A DNA stretch of 64,000 bases, taken from positions 139,085 through 203,084 of the forward strand of contig SVHS01000001.1 of the NCBI GenBank assembly GCA_015055745.1, in the 5' to 3' direction. Source of the DNA: Clostridiales bacterium. Its GTDB lineage: Bacteria > Bacillota > Clostridia > Christensenellales > UBA1242. The notes below the pieces were generated by a model. It had not been told where the DNA came from. It did not search any database and saw nothing but the letters and a program-made list of their open reading frames with translations. A program made the position numbers and the translations under genes. Of this stretch, positions 36,041 through 46,369 are shown one piece after another (position 1 is the stretch's first letter; every line of letters starts with the position of its first letter).

Positions 36041-36955
36041 ATGAAACAAGTGAAGATGTTGAGAGATGCTATGAAAAATAATTATATCGTACCAGCATTC
36101 AATTTTGCAAATTTTGAAATATTGAGAGGAATACTAGATGCGTGTATCGAGACCAAGAGTCCCGTGATTTTACAAGTCAGTGAAAGTGCACTAAATTATT
36201 TTGGCGATGATATCATGTGTGGTCTTATTGCTGGATTTAGGAAAATGAAATTACCTATATCTGTTCATCTTGACCATGGAGCAAACATGGATATAATCAA
36301 GCGAGTCATCAAGCTCGGCTTTGATAGTGTGATGATAGATGGTTCGACTTTGCCATACAAAGAAAATGTAAAACTCACTAAAAAAGTGGTAGATTATGCT
36401 CATGCGCGAGGAGTATCGGTGGAAGGTGAGCTTGGAATATTGGCAATAGCGAACGATGATGGACTTTATTCCGATGGTGAGCGTTTCACCAATCCTCAGC
36501 AAGCAAAAGACTTTGTCTCTCTGACAGGAGTAGATAGTTTGGCAGTATCTATAGGTACAAATCATGGAGTAAATAAGTATATCGGAGAGCCAAAAATTAG
36601 ATTTGATATTTTAAAGAAAATAGAAAAAGAAATACCGAATACTCCTATAGTACTTCACGGAGCGTCTCTTGTGGAGCAAAAGTATGTAGATAGTATAAAT
36701 GAACATGGTGGATTTATAAAAAAATCAGCCGGAAATGACAATTTATTGGAAAATGCACATAAGACCAATATTAGTAAGATAAATATGGACACAGATTTTA
36801 GATTGGCATATACTTCTGCTGTGCGTGAATTTATGGACAGCAAGGCGGATAAATATTGTCCTCGCACTTATGGACGAGCAGGCATAGATGAGGTGAAGCG
36901 ATGCGCCATTGATCGTATCAAAAAAATCTGCCATTCACACGATAAAGCAAAGTAA
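36041..36955 (+). CDS. fba: class II fructose/ketose-bisphosphate aldolase
   Basis: VPAFNFANFE, VHLDHG, GELG, TNHG and LHGAS motifs; SD GAGGTG. Confidence 0.8.
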   Translation: MKQVKMLRDAMKNNYIVPAFNFANFEILRGILDACIETKSPVILQVSESALNYFGDDIMCGLIAGFRKMKLPISVHLDHGANMDIIKRVIKLGFDSVMIDGSTLPYKENVKLTKKVVDYAHARGVSVEGELGILAIANDDGLYSDGERFTNPQQAKDFVSLTGVDSLAVSIGTNHGVNKYIGEPKIRFDILKKIEKEIPNTPIVLHGASLVEQKYVDSINEHGGFIKKSAGNDNLLENAHKTNISKINMDTDFRLAYTSAVREFMDSKADKYCPRTYGRAGIDEVKRCAIDRIKKICHSHDKAK

Positions 36956-36981
36956 AAAAGAGGAATTAATCCTCTTTTTTC
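36954..36981. terminator. bidirectional terminator (fba / XRE gene)
   Basis: AAGAGGA-ATTAA-TCCTCTT flanked by an A-run and a T-run. Confidence 0.7.
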
Positions 36982-37661
36982 TCTGTATTTTCATTTTCGA
37001 TATTTGTATCTGGAGATACTGTATCTTGAGCTTCTTTTGCTTTCTTTTCTTTGTAGTAGCCTCTAGGTTTTTTAACCATAGCTCCCCATAGTATGATAGC
37101 GATTTGTAAAGGTGCGCCCACTATATATACAGGCCATATATTGATGCCTACCAACAACAATTGTATATGAATACTAGCCAATAAGCTCCATACTAGCACA
37201 GATAATATTATAAATAAGTATCTAAATCGACCCCATATACTGTTGAAGACTATCAATACGATACAGCTGAGCGGTAATGCCCACAAAAATGCCATATAAT
37301 AATTAATATGTGCTAATATCTTTAATAATACAAACAATACTGTAGCACATAGCCATACTGCACATACTGAAAGCAAAGTGACGATCAGGCTAGTAGGGAA
37401 CATTTTTGGAGGTTTGTCACTCTTAGGTTTTGCTGGAGTGGTAAACTCTACATCTTCATGTGTGAGGTCATCTAGAGTCACATTGTAAAATGAAGCTAAC
37501 TCGTATAGTACCTCTATACTAGGCAGAGATTCTCCGGTCTCCCATTTTGATATACTTTTATCTGAGTAGTTAAACTTTTCAGCTAGTTCCATTTGAGTTA
37601 ATTTATTTCGTTTTCGTAATATTGATAAATTTTTACCTATTACTTTATTGATATTTTCCAT
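36966..37661 (-). CDS. XRE-family HTH protein with four C-terminal TM helices
   Basis: IGKNLSILRKRNKLTQMELAEKFNYSDKSISKWETGESLPSIEVLYELASFY is a canonical Cro/C1 HTH, followed by hydrophobic segments. Confidence 0.75.
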   Translation of the reverse strand: MENINKVIGKNLSILRKRNKLTQMELAEKFNYSDKSISKWETGESLPSIEVLYELASFYNVTLDDLTHEDVEFTTPAKPKSDKPPKMFPTSLIVTLLSVCAVWLCATVLFVLLKILAHINYYMAFLWALPLSCIVLIVFNSIWGRFRYLFIILSVLVWSLLASIHIQLLLVGINIWPVYIVGAPLQIAIILWGAMVKKPRGYYKEKKAKEAQDTVSPDTNIENENTEKKED

Positions 37662-37821
37662 TTTCTTACCCGTTTTTCAAAAAGATTTTATCTTTTATAT
37701 TCAAAATTATATCATATTCTAAGATTAATGGCAAATGATTTTTACTTTTCTACTCAAAATAGACGAAATTTACAAATTCTCTTTTAACGAGAATTAAAAA
37801 GACCGTTAAAACGGTCATTTT

Positions 37822-39519
37822 TTACATTACGCTAGGTATATCTATTATCAGTACTTTTAGCATATTCTTTAATATTTTTGTGGTGATACTGATTAGATAT
37901 AACCAATCATTTTTCACTTCTAGATTTTCTTCACTCCTGATACGGTTATTTTCATAGAAACTATTGGCGAAATTACATACATTGTAGATATATTCACATA
38001 TGTAGCTAGGCATTTTTTCTTCCAATGCTTTGTTGAAATACTTGTAGATACTTAGTAGAGATAGTCTTAGGTCTCTATCTGTCTTTGTTTTAGCTAGATT
38101 ATTTAGCTTGAGGTTGTCTAGATTTTCGCTCTCCAATATTTTATTCAATCGCAAGTAAGTGTATAGTATATACGGACCAGTCTTTCCTGATATTTTACTA
38201 AATTTTTCGATGTCAAAGATATAGTCTCTTTCACGATTGTTTTGGAAGTCTGCAAACTTGATAATAGCGTTGACCAATATATCTAGATCTTCAGGCTTTG
38301 AGTCTTCCAAACCTTCTTTGTTTGCTATCAAAGTCTCTTTTACTTGATTGAATAAGCTATCTAACTTTGGATTGTCTCCAGCGCGAGTTTTAAAAGGTTT
38401 ACCATCAGTGCCGTTTACAGTACCGAAAGGGCAGTGGGTAAAATCTTCACGCTTTCCTAGTCCTAATATTTCACAAGAGCGGAACACTTGCTCAAAGTGT
38501 AGACCTTGTCTTAGATCTGTAAAGTACAAGAAGTGGTCGATATCAAAGTTTTCTCTTCTTTCATACACTGTGGCTATATCTGTAGAGCCGTATAGATATG
38601 CACCATTACTTTTTCTAAAAATCAATGGTGGTATCTCAGTAGTATCTGTCTCTTTTGCTACAGGTATTACATATGCTCCTTGGCTTTGTAATAGTTTGTT
38701 TTCGGCTTTATATTTTTCAAATAAGGTAGGTAAGTACTTGTAAGCACCGCTTTCTCCTTCCCACATATCAAAGCTCACATCTAGATATTTGTATAATCTT
38801 TTGATATCATTACCAGATATTTCGCATATCACTTTCCAGTATTTTGCATATTCTTCATTACCTTCTTGCAGGTCTTTTGTAATAGTCGCACACTTTTCTT
38901 TTAACTCTTCATCTTCTTTACATCTAGCACTCATTTCTGGATATAACTTTTCTAGTACTTCTAAAGAAATTTCATCGATAGAGATATTTTTTTCTTTTAG
39001 TCCGTATATGACTTGACCGATTTGTAATCCATAATCACCCAAATGTACGTCGCTGATGGTCTTGTGTCCAGCGAAAGTTAAGATTCTTTTGACAGATTCG
39101 CCTACGATAGCACTTCTCAAGTGTCCTACATGTAGAGGTTTGGCGATATTCGGACCACCGTAATCTAAGAAGTATGTCTTAGGAGCGTCAGTTTTGAGAC
39201 CAAAGTTTTCACTAGAGTCGATATCTACGAGACACTTATTTATAAATGAGTCACTTAGTGTAAGATTGATAAAGCCAGGGGTGACAAATTCAAAGCGAGT
39301 AAAGTATTCACCTACATCGGTCATTTTGTCTAGCTCAGCTATCACGGCATTGGCGATGTTCATAGGACTGGTGCGATACGTTTTAGCTAATTTGAAAGCA
39401 TCGTCACACTGATAGTCGCAAAGCTCTGGACGATTTGATTCTATCACAGTGCATTCGCACTCATACCCTGCATTTTTAAATGCAATATTCAATAATTTTT
39501 GCAAATCTTGCGTAATCAT
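37822..39519 (-). CDS. argS: arginine--tRNA ligase
   Basis: 565 aa with PNIAKPLHVGHLRS (HIGH), the class I fold and a C-terminal DALR-type anticodon-binding domain. SD AGAGGT. Confidence 0.9.
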   Translation of the reverse strand: MITQDLQKLLNIAFKNAGYECECTVIESNRPELCDYQCDDAFKLAKTYRTSPMNIANAVIAELDKMTDVGEYFTRFEFVTPGFINLTLSDSFINKCLVDIDSSENFGLKTDAPKTYFLDYGGPNIAKPLHVGHLRSAIVGESVKRILTFAGHKTISDVHLGDYGLQIGQVIYGLKEKNISIDEISLEVLEKLYPEMSARCKEDEELKEKCATITKDLQEGNEEYAKYWKVICEISGNDIKRLYKYLDVSFDMWEGESGAYKYLPTLFEKYKAENKLLQSQGAYVIPVAKETDTTEIPPLIFRKSNGAYLYGSTDIATVYERRENFDIDHFLYFTDLRQGLHFEQVFRSCEILGLGKREDFTHCPFGTVNGTDGKPFKTRAGDNPKLDSLFNQVKETLIANKEGLEDSKPEDLDILVNAIIKFADFQNNRERDYIFDIEKFSKISGKTGPYILYTYLRLNKILESENLDNLKLNNLAKTKTDRDLRLSLLSIYKYFNKALEEKMPSYICEYIYNVCNFANSFYENNRIRSEENLEVKNDWLYLISITTKILKNMLKVLIIDIPSVM

Positions 39520-39583
39520 AATTACCTCTTTTTATTCTTAGATATTAGCACATTTTTATCTAAAATACAAGAGTTTTGTGATT

Positions 39584-39612
39584 AAAAAAACTCTGCTGTT
39601 AAGCAGAGTGAT
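39584..39612 (-). terminator. rho-independent terminator upstream of the argS promoter
   Basis: Minus strand: CTCTGCT-TAAC-AGCAGAG plus TTTTTTT. The argS promoter (TTGTAT-17-TAATAT) lies downstream of it. Confidence 0.7.
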
Positions 39613-39699
39613 TTTCTATGGCTCGGAGTTAGAGTGCTTATACGCACCCGAAATCGTTTTTAGATTAATAATTAAAATTTTAATATTCCAGAAAATAAT

Positions 39700-40323
39700 T
39701 TATAAAATTAAGTTAAAACATTCTTTATCCATTTCGTTGTTGTGTTCTCTTATTGTTTGCTTTTTACCTAAATCTAATCCTCGATAATATGGAATATATA
39801 TTTTGCTATTTGATACTTGATAAGACAATGTAAGTTTATTAATATCATATTCAAATTCAATTTTTCTAAAAGTAGGGTCAACTAAAATCCATTTACCATC
39901 GTAAAAACATTCACAAAAAGAATGTCCTATATGAATTGGTTGTTTTACTTTATTTTGTAAATTTTTTATCCAATTAAATTCTGCGGTGTGTAGAAAAGTT
40001 GTTGGAATTCCTACCTGCCTTGCCAAAGTAGAAAAAACAATTGACCAATCAGTGCAACCTGATGCAAAACCACTTTCCCAAATTTCTTTTGCGGTTCTTT
40101 GAAATTTTACTTTATCTTTTTCTTCTTGTGGAGGTTTTACATTTAAACAATGATGAATCCAATTAATTAAAGAATCGATTTTAGTATGATTTGGATTTTC
40201 TTTTATTTTATTATTATAATCTCTTAATACCCTATCAATAACAAGTTCTGTTTCTAAAAATGATTTTGTTAAAAACCCTTCTTCTAGATATTGATTGCAG
40301 TCGCTGATAGTAAGTTTTTCCAT
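39700..40323 (-). CDS. transglutaminase-core (papain-like Cys-His-Asp) domain protein
   Basis: GFASGCTDWSIVFSTLARQVGIPT, IGHSFCECFYDGKWILVDPT matches the Transglut_core pattern (C..., H, D). Confidence 0.65.
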   Translation of the reverse strand: MEKLTISDCNQYLEEGFLTKSFLETELVIDRVLRDYNNKIKENPNHTKIDSLINWIHHCLNVKPPQEEKDKVKFQRTAKEIWESGFASGCTDWSIVFSTLARQVGIPTTFLHTAEFNWIKNLQNKVKQPIHIGHSFCECFYDGKWILVDPTFRKIEFEYDINKLTLSYQVSNSKIYIPYYRGLDLGKKQTIREHNNEMDKECFNLIL

Positions 40324-40442
40324 ACATATTCTCCAATATTTTCATTATAACACAAACCTATATAATTTGCTATTGGTTTTAAAAAATTTATACAAGTTTA
40401 TTTTGAAAAAGGAAAGACCATTCCAAAGCATTCATATAAAAA

Positions 40443-40480
40443 GAAAAATACGCACCCATTAATGTTTATGGTGTGCGTAC
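40443..40480 (-). terminator. terminator after tRNA-Ser
   Basis: Minus strand: TACGCACACC-N12-GGGTGCGTA plus TTTTT. Confidence 0.6.
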
Positions 40481-40490
40481 AGTTCCCTTG

Positions 40491-40579
40491 TGGCGCGGAG
40501 TTAGGGATTCGAACCCCAGGATGCTGTTAACATCAACGGTTTTCAAGACCGCCGCTTTCGACCGCTCAGCCAACTCCGC
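40491..40579 (-). tRNA. tRNA-Ser (UGA), long variable arm
   Basis: Minus strand: GCGGAGT acceptor, anticodon loop CTTGAAA, variable arm, T loop TTCGAAT, ACTCCGC-G-CCA. Confidence 0.9.
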
Positions 40580-40764
40580 ATATTCAAATACTTTTTTAGT
40601 ATAACATAAAATTTTGCTTTTGACAAGTGAATTAAATAAAAATTTTTAATATTTTTTATTTATTAAGTTTTAAGGAAATTCTCATATTATTTGGTTGTCA
40701 AAGGGGTGATTTCATGATATAATACAAATATACATAAATGGATAAGGCTAGAGCATAGGATATA

Positions 40765-41301
40765 GTGATGGAGAGGAGTGTATACTTAGTACTTAGTCAG
40801 CCAGGTACTTTTATCTCAAAGATGTTGAAGTTCTTTACTCATGATGAGTACAATCATGTGTCTATTTCTTTGTCTCCGACATTGGACAAAATGTATTCTT
40901 TCGGAAGAAGAAATTTATACAATCCATTCACTGGAGGATTTATCGAAGAGGGTAAAGATTCTGGAATATTCAAGCGCTTTGGTGATACTAAAGCTCTGGT
41001 TTTAGAGATAAAAGTCAAAGAAGAAGAGTATTATAATATAAAATATTTCATCGATTACTTTGTGCGACACAAGACGGAATTTAAATACAATTATTTCGGT
41101 GTGATATGTGCGTATTTCAAGAAAAATCACGAAGCTAGGAAAAAATTTTATTGTTCTCAGTTTGTCAGGGCATGTTTGGCAGGGTTTAATATACAAAATT
41201 CAGATGATTTACCAAAGATTATCAGGCCTATAGATTTCCTCAAGTTAGACAATAAAAATATTATCTTTAAAGGCTTGCTTAAAAATTATAGTGGTATATA
41301 A
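40765..41301 (+). CDS. permuted papain-like (NlpC/P60 superfamily, YiiX/YycO-like) hydrolase candidate
   Basis: 178 aa with N-terminal YNHVSISL (His) and later FYCSQFV (Cys), the permuted order seen in that family. Start may be GTG 40765 or ATG 40768. Confidence 0.4.
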   Translation: MMERSVYLVLSQPGTFISKMLKFFTHDEYNHVSISLSPTLDKMYSFGRRNLYNPFTGGFIEEGKDSGIFKRFGDTKALVLEIKVKEEEYYNIKYFIDYFVRHKTEFKYNYFGVICAYFKKNHEARKKFYCSQFVRACLAGFNIQNSDDLPKIIRPIDFLKLDNKNIIFKGLLKNYSGI

Positions 41302-41327
41302 AAAACGGGATCAAATCCCGTTTTTTG
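41300..41327. terminator. bidirectional terminator (40765 gene / gap)
   Basis: AACGGGAT-CAA-ATCCCGTT flanked by an A-run and a T-run. Confidence 0.75.
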
Positions 41328-41334
41328 TTTGTAG

Positions 41335-42393
<1,059 letters not shown>

Positions 42394-42436
42394 TCAAACA
42401 TATTTTAAATTTTTACCTAAAGGTCAATATTAATAC

Positions 42437-43027
42437 ATGCTCTATGTGATATTTGCATATTTTATGACTGTCTTTGTAGTGATATTTGCCCTAAATGTGA
42501 GGAAGACAAGATACCAGCCATATCCGTCATTGAAGTTAAGGCGAGACGGCATATCTTTTTATTCAAAATCAACCCATCGTATAAAAGCCGAAAATACAAA
42601 GGTAATGCAGGTGGAAAACCGTGTGTATTTAAGACAAAATAAAAAGATGATCACACTCTTAAATGTAGATAAAGTAAAAGTAGATGAAGGATATATTTAT
42701 TTTAAAGCATTAGGTAGAGTGAAAATATTATTTTCTTGCAAAAGTATCTATCGATATTTCAATCTAGATATAGAGTCAGACAAAATAGATATACGAGATA
42801 AGCGACAACAAGCTTTACAGGATATGATAGATCATTTATTTGATGTCAATCAATCAATGATTCTTAAGAGATATATTCGATTTGTCCGTGAAGTTATGAA
42901 TATAGATTTTAAAAATGGCAAGCTAACAATAAAACAAAATAAGTTTATGATACCATACACTTTAAAATACAAGCTAAATAATGTGATAAAGCAAGTGAAA
43001 GTCAATCAAACACTTTGTAAAAAATAA
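42437..43027 (+). CDS. hypothetical protein with N-terminal TM helix
   Basis: 196-aa ORF; no family recognised. Confidence 0.4.
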   Translation: MLYVIFAYFMTVFVVIFALNVRKTRYQPYPSLKLRRDGISFYSKSTHRIKAENTKVMQVENRVYLRQNKKMITLLNVDKVKVDEGYIYFKALGRVKILFSCKSIYRYFNLDIESDKIDIRDKRQQALQDMIDHLFDVNQSMILKRYIRFVREVMNIDFKNGKLTIKQNKFMIPYTLKYKLNNVIKQVKVNQTLCKK

Positions 43028-43048
43028 AAAATATGATATAATAAATAT

Positions 43049-44356
43049 ATGAGAAGTGCTATAATTAAGAAAATAAAAAAAGATTTAAAGATCACTGCTA
43101 CATTTATTGCATCTCTAGCGATAGCAGTAGTAGGCACAGTAAGCTACAAAAATATACAATACGCCGACTATGCTCCGACAAAGCAGGTCGAGGCGGTAGC
43201 ACAGGCTTTAGATTGCGATCTTCGATATACTGCTAAAGTAGGAGGTATGTATTGTAGACCAAAGCATAATGGAGATGAGCCGGTGTATGTCTATATTGAC
43301 GATGCCTATACCTCAGTGCAGAGAGATAAAGCTATTCAAGCATTGGATTATGTCTTTGGTATTATTGGTCAGATAAATGATAAATATAGATATCAAGTGG
43401 TAGACAAAGCTACTTATGATAAGGTTGGCTCAAAATCTAAAATATCTTTTTTTACTGAGCAACATGAAGGGGCTGTTGCTGTAATATTTCCTAATATTGA
43501 TATTATGTCTCTTGTGACATCTAAAATAGTAGAAAATGAGGGAAAAATTTATTTAAATCCTACCCAAAAATCTTACAGTCTATATAGTGCTTTTGTTCAT
43601 GAGCTGGGGCATTGGTGCGGATTAGCGGATGTTTATACTAAGAATGTAAACAGCAATGCCTGGGATATACAGCGATATGCTGGGAATACATATATGAATA
43701 GTACTTGTAAATTCTCAGAATTTACACCAAACGATGTCAAATGCTTTTATTCTCTCCTCGCAGAAAAAGGTGTAGACCTATCAAAAGCAAAGGCTTGGGT
43801 GGCGGACTATGAGAAACAATATTACTATAATGAGACCCAACGAATGTTTGGTAAGGATGAGCAGAATCGCACGAATGAAACTGTCGGGGATGATTTTATC
43901 TGTGAAGGAGAGCTGTCAACAGCAGAGCTACTAATACAAGATCTGATGCGAAAGTATGGGTATAATGGTGTAACAAACTCACAGATCTTAGAATTAAGGA
44001 AAAATGCTGATATACTACGTTATAGGGTGATAGTGGACGGACCAAACTATAGTCTCCAAATATTGGATGAATCTGATAATGTGCTTGATTCAGCGAGTGG
44101 TGAAGTGCTTTACGTAAATGGTTCGGCTGTATTAAAGGACGTGGAATTGAGTCATACTTTATATCCCGGGGTGAAGGAGTCTGGTGATGCTGATTATTAT
44201 AAAAAAGGTTGGATAAAAGATTTATATGTGTTGCCTCTTTGCTCTAATAATAGCTCCATTACAAAAGTTTTATTTTGCAGTCCTGGTGTTGCGCTCGAGT
44301 TACATGATTTAGATCTAGAAAAGCTCTATAGTAACGATTCTGGTTTGGAATACTAA
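43049..44356 (+). CDS. signal-anchored putative zinc metalloprotease (HExxHxxGxxD, snapalysin-like motif)
   Basis: 435 aa with an N-terminal TM, then FVHELGHWCGLADVY followed by NTYMNS (possible Met-turn). Confidence 0.45.
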   Translation: MRSAIIKKIKKDLKITATFIASLAIAVVGTVSYKNIQYADYAPTKQVEAVAQALDCDLRYTAKVGGMYCRPKHNGDEPVYVYIDDAYTSVQRDKAIQALDYVFGIIGQINDKYRYQVVDKATYDKVGSKSKISFFTEQHEGAVAVIFPNIDIMSLVTSKIVENEGKIYLNPTQKSYSLYSAFVHELGHWCGLADVYTKNVNSNAWDIQRYAGNTYMNSTCKFSEFTPNDVKCFYSLLAEKGVDLSKAKAWVADYEKQYYYNETQRMFGKDEQNRTNETVGDDFICEGELSTAELLIQDLMRKYGYNGVTNSQILELRKNADILRYRVIVDGPNYSLQILDESDNVLDSASGEVLYVNGSAVLKDVELSHTLYPGVKESGDADYYKKGWIKDLYVLPLCSNNSSITKVLFCSPGVALELHDLDLEKLYSNDSGLEY

Positions 44357-44382
44357 AAAAATAAATATACGGTAATACATAT

Positions 44383-45663
44383 ATGGAAAATATAAATGAC
44401 GAGATGAATATAAATTCGACCCCTTTGGCTGAGAAGATGAGGGCTAATTCTTTAGATGAATTTATCGGTCAAAAGCATATAGTGGGTGTGGATAGCTTGA
44501 TAAGGCGAGCATTGAAGGCAAATAGATTGGGTAGCTGTATTTTTTACGGTCCGCCGGGAGTGGGTAAGACTACTCTGGCGTATATTGTGGCAAAGTCTTT
44601 GAGCTTGGAGTATGTGAAGCTAAATGCAGTATCTAGTGGAGTGACAGAGGCAAAGAAAGTAATAGAGCAAGCGAAGTCTCACTTTGAGCTTACGGGTAAA
44701 TCTACCGTCTTGATATTAGACGAGTGTCATAGGTGGAGCAAAGCACAGAGCGATTCTGTATTGGAGGCGGTGGAGCGAGGATATATCACTTTTATAGGTA
44801 CCACTACAGAAAATCCTCACGTGAGCATGACTCCTGCTATAGTGAGTAGATGTAGATTGTTTAGATTTCAGCCATTGACACTTGAAGACATAAAAGATGC
44901 GTTGCTCATGGCGATAAAAGATAAAGCAAGAGGCTTTGGTAGACTAAATGTAAAGATAGATATCGATGCTTTAAATCATTTTGCGATGTTTGCCAATGGA
45001 GATTTGCGCTCGGCATACAATGCTCTAGAGCTGGCTGTATCCACTACGCCGATGAAAGATGGAGTGGTACATATAGATAAGCTAGTAGCCAGTCAATGTA
45101 TACAGCGACCAGTGATATCAGTAGATGAAAATACTTATTATGATATGCTTAGTGCGTTTTGCAAGAGTCTTAGGGGTAGCGACAGTGATGCAGCATTGTA
45201 TTATGCGGAGAGATTGATCACCGCAGGTTGTGATCCGTTGCTGATATGTAGACGACTCATCGCTCATGCTAGTGAAGATGTAGGGATGGCGGACAGCAAT
45301 GCGGCACTCATGGCTATGGTGGCTATGAATGCTGTCAAAAATCTAGGTATGCCAGAGGGAAATATTCCTTTGGCTCATGCTATCACATATGTGTGTGAAG
45401 CGGAGAAATCAAATAGCGTCATACAGGCGATGAATAGTGCCAAGCATGACGCAGAGTACAATCCTGACGACAATATCCCAGAGCATCTTAAAAATTATCA
45501 TTACGAAGTGGACGATGTGCCAGAGTATAAATATCCTCATGATTATGGTGGGTATGTGCGACAGCAATATCTTCCAGACAAATTGAAAGATAGGAGATAT
45601 TACAATCCTTCTCACAATGGCAAAGAAAAAGGAATGATAAGAAAAAAAGATAAATTTCAATAA
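44383..45663 (+). CDS. rarA: replication-associated recombination protein A (AAA+ ATPase)
   Basis: FYGPPGVGKTT, ILDECHRW, IGTTTENP, plus the C-terminal MgsA domain (YYDMLSAFCKSLRGSD, HLKNYHY). Confidence 0.9.
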   Translation: MENINDEMNINSTPLAEKMRANSLDEFIGQKHIVGVDSLIRRALKANRLGSCIFYGPPGVGKTTLAYIVAKSLSLEYVKLNAVSSGVTEAKKVIEQAKSHFELTGKSTVLILDECHRWSKAQSDSVLEAVERGYITFIGTTTENPHVSMTPAIVSRCRLFRFQPLTLEDIKDALLMAIKDKARGFGRLNVKIDIDALNHFAMFANGDLRSAYNALELAVSTTPMKDGVVHIDKLVASQCIQRPVISVDENTYYDMLSAFCKSLRGSDSDAALYYAERLITAGCDPLLICRRLIAHASEDVGMADSNAALMAMVAMNAVKNLGMPEGNIPLAHAITYVCEAEKSNSVIQAMNSAKHDAEYNPDDNIPEHLKNYHYEVDDVPEYKYPHDYGGYVRQQYLPDKLKDRRYYNPSHNGKEKGMIRKKDKFQ

Positions 45664-45748
45664 AATATTATGAAAAAACATTTGATTTTTGGCTTCAGAT
45701 TATAATATAATGTAAAGGAATAGAGTAATTATTCATAGGAGGAAATTT

Positions 45749-46288
45749 ATGGAACTAAAGGGTAGTCAGACAGAGAAAAATTTATGGACAGCTTTTGCTG
45801 GTGAGAGCCAAGCAAGAAACAAATATACATATTATGCTAGTCAGGCGAAGAAAGACGGATATGAGCAGATATCTGCTATTTTCCAGCTAACTGCAGACAA
45901 TGAGAAAGAGCACGCTAAGATGTGGTTCAAGCTACTTCACGGCGGTGCAGTGCCTGACACTATGGCAAATCTAAAAGATGCTGCAGCAGGAGAAAACTAT
46001 GAGTGGACAGAGATGTACAAAGAGTTTGCTGAGACTGCAAAGAAAGAGGGCTTTGATGCTATATCAAAGATGTTTGAAGATGTAGCTAAGATTGAGGCTG
46101 AGCATGAGGCTAGATACAATGCTCTTCTTGAGAATGTAAAGAAGAAAAAATGCTTTGTTAAGAAAGAAGTGTCTGTATGGGTATGTAGAAATTGTGGACA
46201 CAAGCATGTGGGCAAGTCTGCTCCAGTGGTATGTCCAGTGTGTACTCACCCACAGGCATACTTTGAGCTAGAGTCAAACAATTATTAA
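45749..46288 (+). CDS. rbr: rubrerythrin
   Basis: The ferritin-like N-domain has ExxH motifs ([18 protein letters not shown]). C-terminal rubredoxin-like CRNCG...CPVC. Confidence 0.9.
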   Translation: MELKGSQTEKNLWTAFAGESQARNKYTYYASQAKKDGYEQISAIFQLTADNEKEHAKMWFKLLHGGAVPDTMANLKDAAAGENYEWTEMYKEFAETAKKEGFDAISKMFEDVAKIEAEHEARYNALLENVKKKKCFVKKEVSVWVCRNCGHKHVGKSAPVVCPVCTHPQAYFELESNNY

Positions 46289-46336
46289 AAAGAAAACAAT
46301 TTTCTGACGAAAATATGTTTTGGTGTTAGATACAAT

Positions 46337-46369
46337 AAAAAAGCATATCAAATGATATGCTTTTTTTTA
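46337..46369. terminator. bidirectional terminator (rbr / 46370 gene)
   Basis: AAGCATATC-AAAT-GATATGCTT flanked by an A-run and a T-run. Confidence 0.75.

Noticed and set aside
36909-37091. 60-aa ORF spanning the fba 3' end and the terminator
   Set aside because: It overlaps the fba stop and a bidirectional terminator, and is antisense to the 3' end of the XRE-family gene. It is hydrophobic low-complexity sequence with no SD.
39520-39700. Possible T-box or other leader upstream of argS (hairpin plus T-run, tRNA-like sequence)
   Set aside because: No T-box consensus (AAxxxGGGTGGTACCGCG-like) or specifier architecture is visible. The argS promoter (TTGTAT-17-TAATAT) lies downstream of the hairpin, so the hairpin terminates the upstream gene (or was the old tRNA-Ser terminator) rather than attenuating argS.
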